Shown piece after piece: positions 29,111 to 38,638 of a stretch of DNA of 64,000 bases. The stretch comes from Candidatus Poribacteria bacterium. GTDB taxonomy: Bacteria > Poribacteria > WGA-4E > WGA-3G. The position numbers and the translations under genes are program-made. Position 1 is the stretch's first letter. Every line of letters begins with the position of its first letter. The notes beneath the pieces are model-generated. The model was not told where the DNA came from. It did no database searches and was given only the letters and a program-made list of their open reading frames with translations. The stretch lies in assembly GCA_965205025.1 (NCBI GenBank), contig CBDBFU010000015.1, positions 288,001-352,000 of the forward strand, written 5' to 3'.

Positions 29111-29824
29111 ATGGTTACATTACTTCCAAATACTCTTGATCAGATATGTAGTCATGCAAAGACAGAATTTCCTGATGAATGCTGTGGTGTCATACTCCAG
29201 ACAGATTCTCAGGAATTCGTCAGACCTTGCCGTAATATCCAGAATGAGATGCATAAGGAAGATCCAATTACATATCCTCGTGATGCTCGAACAGCATACT
29301 TAATGCATCCTGATGACTTAATATCTATACATAAAGAGGTAGATACCAAGAATCGACCAATTAAGGCATTCTACCATTCACATCCAAACCACGAGGCATA
29401 TTTCTCAGAAAAAGATAAAAAAGACGCAATGGCATGGGGTGAACCGACCTACCCTGGTGTATCCTATCTTGTGATTTCAATTTATGAAGATAATATTCGT
29501 GTTATCAAAGCATTTGAATGGGATGAAACGAAGTCCGATTTTATTGAAGTTCCTTTCCAAATCCCTCCATCAGGTGTAACACAGTGGAGATCAATTAAAG
29601 TACGCCTTACTTTTCCACCAGAAAAAATTACTGAACCAATTATATTCAATATTGGTAAAGAGTACGGAGTGATAACCAATATCCGTCGCGCAAATGTTAC
29701 CGAAGAATCTGGTTGGGTCATGTTAGAGATGCAAGGAACTTCAGAAGAATTAGAACGTGCTATAGATTACCTGAAAAATATAAAAGTCCAAGTTGAACCT
29801 GTGGAAGGTGATGTGGTACAATAA
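29111..29824 (+). CDS. JAB/Mov34 (Mec/M67) metallopeptidase fused to a C-terminal NIL domain
   Basis: PDECCG and FYHSHPNHEAYFSEKD (JAMM motif). Tail VRLTFP...EPII...TNIRRANV...GWVMLEM (NIL). Confidence 0.85.
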   Translation: MVTLLPNTLDQICSHAKTEFPDECCGVILQTDSQEFVRPCRNIQNEMHKEDPITYPRDARTAYLMHPDDLISIHKEVDTKNRPIKAFYHSHPNHEAYFSEKDKKDAMAWGEPTYPGVSYLVISIYEDNIRVIKAFEWDETKSDFIEVPFQIPPSGVTQWRSIKVRLTFPPEKITEPIIFNIGKEYGVITNIRRANVTEESGWVMLEMQGTSEELERAIDYLKNIKVQVEPVEGDVVQ

Positions 29825-29872
29825 CTACATCACGAATATTTCTCAACACCCTATATCCATACAGAGAGATAG

Positions 29873-32176
29873 ATGCAATTTCTGCAACTTGGCTGGTTCG
29901 ACCCCTTCCGAAAATTATTTCCTGATTTCAATTTAGTTTACGATACCACTCTCCGTACGTATTTACGTATCATTACAATATCAGCGTTTTCACTTGCTAT
30001 TGGAATTGGATTCACACTCAAAAACTATCTTGTCTTTGAATTCCATAACACATCTGGTGTAGTGGGTTGGATTAGTCAAAATCAATATCCTAAACAACAA
30101 GAAATATTCTATTACCTTCTTGCCCTAATTGGTATTCCAATTACTATTTTCGTATATTGGATTGGATGGTTAATCTATTCCAAATGGGTCGTAAAGGTCA
30201 CTCAAAAACCAATTAAACATGTACTCAGACAGTCTGCTCTTGCTTCTTTACCATTGTGGTTATGTTGGGTTCAGTTGATAAATTATAATGGTAGTAGTTG
30301 GATTTGGTTAATACTACCCATCGGATTATCACTCTTTTTGAAGGCTAGTTTAATTCTCACTAAACCGAGATCTACTCAAGTTGATAGTACTAAGGACACT
30401 CTCACACAATCAGACATTTCATCGGATGAATACATACGTCCAAGAACAAGAGGGTTATTGATACTTTATCAATGCTTTGCGTATATCCTTCTGCCTATTT
30501 TGATCTACCTACTACTATATAATGGTAATATTAATGGTGGTATAGATATGTTCCATGAAGGGGAAAGGGTTGCACCATTAAACGAAATGTTACATGGTGG
30601 TGTAGTTTTCAAAGATATATACGTGCAGCATGGACTCTTTCAAAACGCCTACTTGGCTTGGTTCGGTAGTAAGTTCTTTGGTCCTACATTGATGGGTGTC
30701 CGCTCAATGGAACGTGTATTAAATCCACTTGGATATGTGGCTTTGTACTTGCTTGGATTGCAAATCTTTCGTGGTGGCGTAATTACCTCATTCATTTGCT
30801 TTCTTATATCTTCAGGGAACAACTTTTCTGTATCTGCCAGACACACACTTGGATTACTTGCCTTTGCCTTCATAGCTAATTATCTCTCCTCTCATCGTGA
30901 TAATGGGTTATTTATTAGATTAGAGAAGGAATCATCTAACAATAGTGAATGGGTTTCAAGGATAATCTCATCAGGTTGGAAGATTATAGTTGGAGGTATT
31001 TTTACCAGTTTAGCATTTTGGTATAGTACTGAAATAGGGTTGTACACACTTGGAGCAATCGGACTTTTTCTTTTTATATATAGTTTGCAGAGAGAAATTC
31101 CGTTGAATACGCGTCCATTGCCACTCCTAAGTTATTGTATTGGACTCTTATTAGGATTTCTCCCGATAGGCATCTATTTCTTGTCCCATGGTGCTTTAGA
31201 TGATGTAATTTGGAATTCGTATATTCAGTGTAAATATCAACTTGCAACGTGGGGTCTTGCTTTTCCAAGTCTATCTGGAACTCTAAATATTCTTAAAGAC
31301 CAAGGATGGAAAGCATTCATACTGAGTGAGAAATTTCGATGGTATCTTCCAATTTGTGTCTATGTATTGACAGTAGTTTACCTAACATATAAACGCTTAT
31401 CAAGTAATGAAACTTATCCTATCTATGCGTTGAAATTGTTGCTGGTTTTGTTGGGAGGAATCGCATTTTTCCGTACTGCCCTTGGTAGATCTGATGGTGG
31501 ACACTTACACTTTGGGGCAACGTTTCTATGGATTCTATGTCTCTTCCCTTTTGACAGAGTATGGTCTGGAATATTTATTGATCTATTTAAGAAGAGGACT
31601 GATAACAACTTGGAAATGCCAAGAGATAGAATTAGTAAACAGGTGATTTTGAAAACGGTGTTGATAATTATTCCAACCCTTCTCTGTCTAGGGTATGTTA
31701 GTCAAGTACATAATCCATTGCAGAATTTTGAGGGGAGATGGAAACACGTACAGAATAATCCGTTTAATAGAACACTTGCCCCAGAGGAATTTAAACGTGC
31801 AGGACAAGTGGATATTCCTGATGACCAAGTTGAACAAATACAGAAGGTTGTATCTTACATACAGGAGAACACTGCCCCAGAGGAGAAGATATTTGATTTT
31901 ACGAGCCAAGGTGCGTATTTTTTCTTTGCGAATAGACCCAGTGTAACCCGTTATTTCATGGTGTGTTATGCCTCAACTCCAGGAATGCAGCGGGAGGTGG
32001 TTGCTGACTTAGAAGAGGACCAGACACGATTAGTAATCTTTAAGACTGGGGGTTGGTTCGATAGAATAGATGGAATTCCTGTAGAAGAAAGACATCCAAT
32101 TATTGCCAAATATCTTGAGGAAAACTACGAATTGGCTATTGATATTAATAATACGGAGATATTAATACGTAAGTGA
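29873..32176 (+). CDS. Large polytopic membrane protein, possibly a GT-C-fold glycosyltransferase
   Basis: Many TM segments; loop DMFHEGE; soluble C-terminal domain YIQENT.PEEKIF...YFFANRPSVTRY. Confidence 0.6.
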   Translation: MQFLQLGWFDPFRKLFPDFNLVYDTTLRTYLRIITISAFSLAIGIGFTLKNYLVFEFHNTSGVVGWISQNQYPKQQEIFYYLLALIGIPITIFVYWIGWLIYSKWVVKVTQKPIKHVLRQSALASLPLWLCWVQLINYNGSSWIWLILPIGLSLFLKASLILTKPRSTQVDSTKDTLTQSDISSDEYIRPRTRGLLILYQCFAYILLPILIYLLLYNGNINGGIDMFHEGERVAPLNEMLHGGVVFKDIYVQHGLFQNAYLAWFGSKFFGPTLMGVRSMERVLNPLGYVALYLLGLQIFRGGVITSFICFLISSGNNFSVSARHTLGLLAFAFIANYLSSHRDNGLFIRLEKESSNNSEWVSRIISSGWKIIVGGIFTSLAFWYSTEIGLYTLGAIGLFLFIYSLQREIPLNTRPLPLLSYCIGLLLGFLPIGIYFLSHGALDDVIWNSYIQCKYQLATWGLAFPSLSGTLNILKDQGWKAFILSEKFRWYLPICVYVLTVVYLTYKRLSSNETYPIYALKLLLVLLGGIAFFRTALGRSDGGHLHFGATFLWILCLFPFDRVWSGIFIDLFKKRTDNNLEMPRDRISKQVILKTVLIIIPTLLCLGYVSQVHNPLQNFEGRWKHVQNNPFNRTLAPEEFKRAGQVDIPDDQVEQIQKVVSYIQENTAPEEKIFDFTSQGAYFFFANRPSVTRYFMVCYASTPGMQREVVADLEEDQTRLVIFKTGGWFDRIDGIPVEERHPIIAKYLEENYELAIDINNTEILIRK

Positions 32177-32233
32177 CGAATGGATTGGATCCTAAAAGTA
32201 TTTTAGAATAGTAGACACAAACATAGTAAGAAC

Positions 32234-33301
32234 TTAATTCTGTTGCTGGTCAATAAAGATACGATAGATCTCCTCAAATATTCTTACATCTGTTAGTGTG
32301 TCTTCTGCTGAGGAACGGAATGGTTCAGGATTTTGAAGGTTTTTGATAAAGTATTCTGCTTCTCTGTGATATGCCCAAGTCCAAGATGGTCTGGGTATTG
32401 GTCTTGTAATTTCTTGATCCTCTCCTGCCCGGTATATTTCAACTTCTGCGGGTGTATTCTTCAGCAATAATGGTGGGGCCCATGTGTGTATCCAACCGTG
32501 TTGGAAATAAACCTGAGAATGCTCATCCCAACGATAGTGTGAAACATGACCCGTTTCGAGTGTTACACGCACACCCGCCATATCAAAGATTACAACTCCT
32601 GTATACCCATTTTCATTTAGATCTACTGCTTTAACGGTTACATCATCCCCTGCGTCCAGTAACCACCGCATTAAATTGACATTGTGTGTATATTGTTGAA
32701 GATATCCGATGTAGGATCCCCATCTTTCTTCTGGGAGCCAGTCAGGAAATTTTTGCGGGGCACTGGGTTTAGATTCCTCTGTACTTTCCATTGGTGTATC
32801 TAAATTACACACCCAGTCTCCACCAAATGCATGATTTCGTGCATAAGTCAACCGTCCAAGTTCTTCAGTTTCCCGGAATTGTGCGATCTTCTCTTTGACG
32901 ATTTCGTTTCCAGCATCATATCGTTTCATATATCCGACCATCAACTTCTTACCGGATTCTTTGGATGCGTCTACAATAGCTTGTGCTTGTTCTACTGAAA
33001 CAGCCATAGGTTTTTCCATAAAGACGTGCTTACCAGCCTTTAATAGATCTTTGGCTATTTCACCTTGTAATGCGAAATCAGCAGAGACAGCTACTGCTTC
33101 AATATCTGGATTTTGTGCAAGCTCAATATGATCTTTATATAGATGTGGTATATCAAAACGTCTCTGAACTTTTTTACCAAGTTCTGTCCGTACTTCTGCG
33201 AGTCCAACAAGTTCACACTCAGGTATACTTGCGAAATTTGGTATATGGACTTTCTGTCCCATAAAACCGCAACCGATATATCCTAATTGAACTTTCTCCA
33301 T
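32234..33301 (-). CDS. Gfo/Idh/MocA family oxidoreductase
   Basis: GYIGCGFMG, GKHVFMEKPMA, VGYMKRYD. Confidence 0.92.
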   Translation of the reverse strand: MEKVQLGYIGCGFMGQKVHIPNFASIPECELVGLAEVRTELGKKVQRRFDIPHLYKDHIELAQNPDIEAVAVSADFALQGEIAKDLLKAGKHVFMEKPMAVSVEQAQAIVDASKESGKKLMVGYMKRYDAGNEIVKEKIAQFRETEELGRLTYARNHAFGGDWVCNLDTPMESTEESKPSAPQKFPDWLPEERWGSYIGYLQQYTHNVNLMRWLLDAGDDVTVKAVDLNENGYTGVVIFDMAGVRVTLETGHVSHYRWDEHSQVYFQHGWIHTWAPPLLLKNTPAEVEIYRAGEDQEITRPIPRPSWTWAYHREAEYFIKNLQNPEPFRSSAEDTLTDVRIFEEIYRIFIDQQQN

Positions 33302-33338
33302 CTATAGTCTCCTTTACTGATACAGGTATAATCTATGC

Positions 33339-33782
33339 TCAAATCTGTTTCTGCTCATAACCTGACTGAATCTGCTCAATTGCAGTGATTGCTCCTTGCC
33401 GGACAAGGGCTGATGTGTCGTTTTGAGCAAGTTCTTTAAGTTTTGGCAAACTGAGTGTAGCTTCTAATTTCCCAAGTGCGACAGCGACAAAATAGCGTAC
33501 ATCGGAATCCTCATCCTCAAGTGCATTGATTAATATTTCAGTATCCGCTTGTGTTGCTATATGTCTATCCGCATCGCCTATATTTATAAGGGATTGTGCT
33601 GCAATCCGTCGTGAATGTATATCACCATGTAGAAGTGATGCAATGAGTTCATCATTATCATTTGATATAGCAGACAAGTTATCCCAATCACAATCCAGAC
33701 AAAACCAAGAGTTTTCATCCAACTTCTGGATGTTTTTCTTGCCACACTGTGGACATTTATTATATAATTGATAGCTATCCAT
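33339..33782 (-). CDS. Zinc-ribbon plus HEAT/PBS repeat protein
   Basis: CPQC..CLDC; LINALEDEDSDVRYFVAVALGKL. ATG at 33782 overlaps the upstream stop (TGATG). Confidence 0.75.
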   Translation of the reverse strand: MDSYQLYNKCPQCGKKNIQKLDENSWFCLDCDWDNLSAISNDNDELIASLLHGDIHSRRIAAQSLINIGDADRHIATQADTEILINALEDEDSDVRYFVAVALGKLEATLSLPKLKELAQNDTSALVRQGAITAIEQIQSGYEQKQI

Positions 33783-34153
33783 CAAATATTCATTGCCTCC
33801 ATTTCTGGTAGGTCTCTCCATATTTCAGGACCTTCTGGTTTGAAGTTTATTGTCGCGATGAACTGCATTCCGTGATAAAAGTTAATTTTGAATTTTCCAC
33901 CACCGTAATTCTGTTTAAGATATTCCAGTGGAGCATCTATTAATGGTCCCATTTCATCGGCATAGTAAAAGGCGAGTGCTTTGAACTTTACAGTGTTTCC
34001 CACAGGTTCCTGTACCAAGAGTTGTGCAGATGTTGCAGGAAATAACACTTGAAATGCATCCCATAAGTCTGCAACCGTGGGATTATCCTTACCGATTCGT
34101 TTTTTGAAGTCATTCTCAAGATATTCTGAGAATGTGTTGAATACCCAGTCCAT
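33782..34153 (-). CDS. Hypothetical protein
   Basis: 123-aa ORF with protein-like composition, translationally coupled to the HEAT gene. Confidence 0.7.
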   Translation of the reverse strand: MDWVFNTFSEYLENDFKKRIGKDNPTVADLWDAFQVLFPATSAQLLVQEPVGNTVKFKALAFYYADEMGPLIDAPLEYLKQNYGGGKFKINFYHGMQFIATINFKPEGPEIWRDLPEMEAMNI

Positions 34154-34192
34154 AGATTTTTGTTTTGGTGATACACCATTTAGCCGAGCAAA

Positions 34193-34762
34193 TCAAAGAT
34201 CAACACGCCTATAGATTTCCTTTAATGATAATTTACAACTGATGGTAGAAAGAATAAGAATATCTGTTGGATCTTCTAATGTGACCAATTCCCATTCTGT
34301 TCCTTGCATAACATAATGCTCAAGCGAGATTTTGTCTTGTGCTACGAGGATATACTCTTTTAATGATGGTAACTGCTTATAGTATTCAAATTTCTCACCC
34401 CTATCGTATTCCTCAGTAGAAGGTGAAAGCACTTCTATGATTATGACAGGATTTAGAAGAGTATCGAATGAATCATCTTCGAATTCAGGTTCATCACAAT
34501 AAACAATAACATCTGGATAAAAATAAGAAACATCTGGTGAGGTTTTTACACGCAAATCGTTTGTTACTACTCTACATTCTGATTCCCGTAATTGGATGTT
34601 GAGTTCAGTAGCTATATCTACCGTAATAAGACCGTGTGTAAGGCTGGCACCAGACATTGCAAAAATCTCTCCAAGGAAATACTCGCTCTTGTAAGCAGCT
34701 TTACGCTCTAATACAAGATATTCGTCTGGTGTAAAATGTGTTCTTGCTCCAATTGATGACAT
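34193..34762 (-). CDS. Uma2 family PD-(D/E)XK endonuclease
   Basis: KSEY..GEIFAMSGAS..H, FYPDV, IEVLSPSTEEYDRGEKF..Y, EYILVAQD. Confidence 0.9.
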   Translation of the reverse strand: MSSIGARTHFTPDEYLVLERKAAYKSEYFLGEIFAMSGASLTHGLITVDIATELNIQLRESECRVVTNDLRVKTSPDVSYFYPDVIVYCDEPEFEDDSFDTLLNPVIIIEVLSPSTEEYDRGEKFEYYKQLPSLKEYILVAQDKISLEHYVMQGTEWELVTLEDPTDILILSTISCKLSLKEIYRRVDL

Positions 34763-34851
34763 GCTATCTCCAACTCAAGATATTCTGAGAATGTGTTGAA
34801 TACCCAGTCCATAGTTTTTTGTTTTGGTGATACACCATTTAGCCGAGCAAA

Positions 34852-35421
34852 TCAAAGATCAACACGCCTATAGATGTCCTTTAATGGGAATTTACAGCTG
34901 ATAGTAGAAAGTATAAGAATATCTGTTGGATCTTCTAAGGTGGCCAATTCCCATTCTGTTCCTTGTATAACATAATGTTCAACTAAGATTTTGTCTTGTG
35001 CCACGAGGATATACTCTTTCAAGGTGGATAACTGTTTGTAATACTCAAATTTCTCACCCCTATCGTATTCCTCAGTAGAAGGTGAAAGCACTTCTATGAT
35101 TATGACGGGATTGATAATTGAATCCATAAAATCATCTTCAAACTTGGGTTCATTACAAGCAACAACTACACCAGGATAGAAATATGCCTCTAAATGATTA
35201 ATCCATACTCGCATGTCGCTGGAATATACTTCGCAATCTTGTTCCCATAACTGATTGTTTATTTCAGTAGCAATATCAAGGGTTATAAGATTATGGGCAC
35301 GGCTGGCACCAGACATTGCTACTATCTCTCCACGGAAATACTCGCTCTTGTATGCGGCTTTGCGTTCTAATACAAGATATTCGTCTGGTGTAAAATGTGT
35401 TCTTGCTCCAATTGATGACAT
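34852..35421 (-). CDS. Uma2 family endonuclease, tandem copy with PD replaced by PG
   Basis: Same length (570 bp) and same MSSIGARTHF start as 34193..34762; FYPGV replaces FYPDV. Confidence 0.85.
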   Translation of the reverse strand: MSSIGARTHFTPDEYLVLERKAAYKSEYFRGEIVAMSGASRAHNLITLDIATEINNQLWEQDCEVYSSDMRVWINHLEAYFYPGVVVACNEPKFEDDFMDSIINPVIIIEVLSPSTEEYDRGEKFEYYKQLSTLKEYILVAQDKILVEHYVIQGTEWELATLEDPTDILILSTISCKFPLKDIYRRVDL

Positions 35422-35606
35422 ATTGTCTCTAATATATTGATGGATAGTATTCAACAATCCAATAGGGATACCATATCGGTATAATCCAATGGCTTTTCTT
35501 ATCAAACCCGATTCAAGCACTAACTTATAGATTAAAATCCTGGTGCCTTCAAGAAGTTCTTCCAGTCGAAATCGGGCAGAGGGAACTCCTCCGTGGCTTT
35601 ACATTG

Positions 35607-36020
35607 TCAGAATGTGGATGCCTGTTCAAAGAAATCTATATCAACACGTTCAACTTGTGCTGAACGGGCATTTTCTGCTACACGTTGAACGACCATTTCT
35701 CTAACAAAAGGAATAGGAATCCGTTTAACTCTGTGTACGACTTCTTCAGTACAAGGGACATTTGTGTTATCAAGAAATGGACCATCCACCTTTGGAATTT
35801 CGGCAGGATGATCACATGTCTCTGGCACCAATTGTTGTAATCGCATTGATACATAATCAGTGACCCATTGTTGGAAATCCTCCGTACCCCCACCATCAGC
35901 AACTGCAGTTTGCGATGGTTGTTCCAACTTATCATTTATGCTTGTCAAAAGCGTCTCTAACCGTTCTAATCTATCTTCAACATTTGTGAGTCGTTCTTGA
36001 ACCTTGTTTTGCCCACTCAT
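35607..36020 (-). CDS. Coiled-coil protein with a degenerate C-terminal PCP_red-like domain
   Basis: N-terminal heptads; CTEEVVHRVKRIPIPFVREMVVQRVAENARSAQVERVD; AAGGAG RBS. Confidence 0.65.
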   Translation of the reverse strand: MSGQNKVQERLTNVEDRLERLETLLTSINDKLEQPSQTAVADGGGTEDFQQWVTDYVSMRLQQLVPETCDHPAEIPKVDGPFLDNTNVPCTEEVVHRVKRIPIPFVREMVVQRVAENARSAQVERVDIDFFEQASTF

Positions 36021-36029
36021 ATTTACTCC

Positions 36030-36758
36030 TTAAATAGCCCAGTATTTCCAAAGATCTTCTGGAATTTCGTACCGAATCTCTTCTCGTTGTTTATGGTGGT
36101 ATCGAGCAAATATACCAACACGAGGTATGTCTCTGATATTACCAGAACCCGTATGACATAAATAAGCGTGCCATAGCACAACATCCCCTGCTGCCCCGAT
36201 AAACTCGCGTGGTCCCTCTGGTGATGAATCTGAGAAGAGATGCCATCCCCATCCTTCAATATCCCTAAAACTTCCATCTACTTGTTCAGGATACTTAAGG
36301 AAGTATTCGTGGGTTGTATGATGACTCTTTGGCCAAAATACGAATGCTCCACCACTGGGTTCAACATCATAGAGATAGGTTGTTGCCCCCATCATAAACG
36401 GACTCCAACCACCTGGACCATAGGCATCAATGTGACCACTTCCCGGCATAGACCATTCATCATCTTTATTTGGCCATTTCACTAATGGTGATCCCCCACC
36501 ACCTGTAAAGTGTCCTCCACCTAATTGCTCAATTATCGTCTGCATTTCAGGTAATTGACCAAATTGTGGTGAGAAACCGAAGTTCTCCACTACATAATTA
36601 TCGGGCCATGTCTCTGGAGTTTCCAAGCTGGAATCAAAATGCTTCCATATCTGTTCCCGCCATCCGTTAATTATATCTGTATCTATAAGATTTTCAAGTA
36701 TAAGATATCCATCTTCTTGAAAGGATGTAATTTGTTCTGGTGATAGCATACAATGCAC
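36030..36758 (-). CDS. PhyH family dioxygenase with canonical HxD motif
   Basis: FQEDGYLILENL, GHIDAY, WPKSHH, GDVVLWHAYLCH. Confidence 0.85.
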   Translation of the reverse strand: MHCMLSPEQITSFQEDGYLILENLIDTDIINGWREQIWKHFDSSLETPETWPDNYVVENFGFSPQFGQLPEMQTIIEQLGGGHFTGGGGSPLVKWPNKDDEWSMPGSGHIDAYGPGGWSPFMMGATTYLYDVEPSGGAFVFWPKSHHTTHEYFLKYPEQVDGSFRDIEGWGWHLFSDSSPEGPREFIGAAGDVVLWHAYLCHTGSGNIRDIPRVGIFARYHHKQREEIRYEIPEDLWKYWAI

Positions 36759-36803
36759 CTCTACTATTTATATCAACGACTGTATGTGATTTGTCCAAAT
36801 ATT

Positions 36804-38105
36804 TTAACGTCGTGGTCTAAAAGAGGGAATTCCTGTTTTATCAAACCGTTTTTTGACAGTCTGCATGAGTTCAGGTGTAATTTCATGATGTCCGTTTTCC
36901 CGTGCATATTTTTCAACACTCTTGACAACCATTCCCCGGGCAAATGAAGGTACGCGTTTTAGTCTTTGTTCTGCAGCCTCATTCCAGGTGAGATCATACT
37001 CTGGTTCTGATGCAAAGGCAGTCCGTTTTTCAAATTGAATAGGTTGTTTTTCTTGTCCTGGTTGATATTCACAAGATTCATCCGCAGCAAGGTAATTATT
37101 CGTAGTAGCATACGCGCGTGCTCTACAACCTCCACAAACCTCTTTAAATTCACAAGCACCACACTTTCCTTCAAGACGATTTCTATCCCTCAAATCGTGA
37201 AAGGTTTCAGAATCATTCCACAGTTTGACGAAACTTTCTTCTTTTAGATTACCGACACTTACTGGAAGATATGGACAAGGTGTAAGCTCCCCTTCAGGAC
37301 TAATACGACAGTAGTAGATACCACATGGACAAGTTCCACTTGGGTAACCTTGAAGAAATGCGGAATCGGACTGTTGTTCATAGATAACACGTTTGTAATG
37401 TGGAGCACATTTCGCTGCTATTAACATTTTCCCACTATATTCTGACTGTAATTGAAACATGGTCTCTAACATTTTCTCATATTGTATAGGAGTGATATCC
37501 ATAACAGTTTTCCCTCTTCCTGTCCGAACAAGAAAATAGAGATTTAGAACTTTCGCCCCCAACTGATATGCATATTCAACAATCTGTGGAATCTCATCGT
37601 AATTCCATTGTGTGACGGATGTTTGTACGAGAAAATCAAGTTTGGCACGTTTTAGTGCTTCTACACCATTCATGGTTGCTTTCCATGCGCCTTCCATTCC
37701 ACGAAATTTATCGTGACTCGTAGGTTGTATGGAATCAATACTCAAACCTGCGCCTGTAACACCGTTTTGTTGCATTTTCTCAACAACTTCATCATTGAGC
37801 AAAACCCCATTTGTTCCCATTACCACAAGGAATCCAGTGTCAGAAGCATATTTTGAAATTTCCAGAATATCTGGTCGTAATAACGGTTCTCCACCTGTGA
37901 GGATAAGTAGTATATTTGGATTGATTTCAGCAATTTCATCAATTACATTAAAACATTGTGATTGGGTTAATTCTGTGTCTCTTACGTATCCTTGAGGAAA
38001 TTCTTCAGTATCAACAAAACCTGCGGGAAGATAGCAGTGTGTACATTTAAGATTACACAACCGGGTTATATTCCAAGAGACTGCCTGAACTTTAGTTTTT
38101 TCCAT
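36804..38105 (-). CDS. Radical SAM/SPASM protein (AhbD/NirJ-like) with C-terminal PCP_red-like domain
   Basis: CNLKCTHCY, LTGGEPLLR, CAPHYKR; SPASM CPCG..CPY..CGACEFKEVCGGCRARA; tail WNEAAEQRLKRVPSFARGMVVKSVEKYARENG. Confidence 0.85.
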   Translation of the reverse strand: MEKTKVQAVSWNITRLCNLKCTHCYLPAGFVDTEEFPQGYVRDTELTQSQCFNVIDEIAEINPNILLILTGGEPLLRPDILEISKYASDTGFLVVMGTNGVLLNDEVVEKMQQNGVTGAGLSIDSIQPTSHDKFRGMEGAWKATMNGVEALKRAKLDFLVQTSVTQWNYDEIPQIVEYAYQLGAKVLNLYFLVRTGRGKTVMDITPIQYEKMLETMFQLQSEYSGKMLIAAKCAPHYKRVIYEQQSDSAFLQGYPSGTCPCGIYYCRISPEGELTPCPYLPVSVGNLKEESFVKLWNDSETFHDLRDRNRLEGKCGACEFKEVCGGCRARAYATTNNYLAADESCEYQPGQEKQPIQFEKRTAFASEPEYDLTWNEAAEQRLKRVPSFARGMVVKSVEKYARENGHHEITPELMQTVKKRFDKTGIPSFRPRR

Positions 38106-38564
38106 TTAAATTCTTAATAGCAATGCCAGTGCGATAACAATTAATCCTGAAAAGAGTGTTAAATGTCCGAATAGATTGATATGTGTTGGTATGCTGATAC
38201 TGCTATTGGGTGGTGCTACTTCAAGTTGTTTACGATATAGAGAACTGTATAAACCCCAAAATAGAGCCATCAATCCGAATGCTCCTAATTTTGCAGCAGA
38301 GAAAATCATATATTCGGCACTTAATTTCATATCGTTGTTCCAAGCAACAATAAACACAACGATTGCACCAGTTGTATATAGTACATGTATCATCAATGAG
38401 ATGATACCACGAAATCGATTGTGTATTTTAAGTAGGTCTTGCGTTATCAAGTTCTGTCGAACTATTGGCATTGTAATTAATGTTGTGAAGAAAACACCTC
38501 CAAACCAAATTATTGCTGAAGTTAGATGAATAAACCTGATAGAGAGTTCTACTATCGTCCGCAT
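38106..38564 (-). CDS. Four-TM membrane protein, CopD/DUF4149-like
   Basis: FIHLTSAIIWFGG in the first helix; four hydrophobic segments. Confidence 0.65.
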   Translation of the reverse strand: MRTIVELSIRFIHLTSAIIWFGGVFFTTLITMPIVRQNLITQDLLKIHNRFRGIISLMIHVLYTTGAIVVFIVAWNNDMKLSAEYMIFSAAKLGAFGLMALFWGLYSSLYRKQLEVAPPNSSISIPTHINLFGHLTLFSGLIVIALALLLRI

Positions 38565-38638
38565 TGTTTATATCAGATTATCCACTGTATTCTAAGATTA
38601 TTCTGTTTCCAGGTATCCATAAGACTTCAGATAACTAA

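Larger units (their letters stand above)
34115..35421. repeat. Tandem duplication with a period of about 659 bp
   Basis: CTCAAGATATTCTGAGAATGTGTTGAATACCCAGTCCATAG...TAGCCGAGCAAATCAAAGATCAACACGCCTATAGAT occurs near 34115 and near 34774. Confidence 0.85.

Noticed and set aside
34193-35421. Diversity-generating retroelement TR/VR pair
   Set aside because: No reverse transcriptase in the window, differences are not confined to adenines, and both copies are full-length ORFs.
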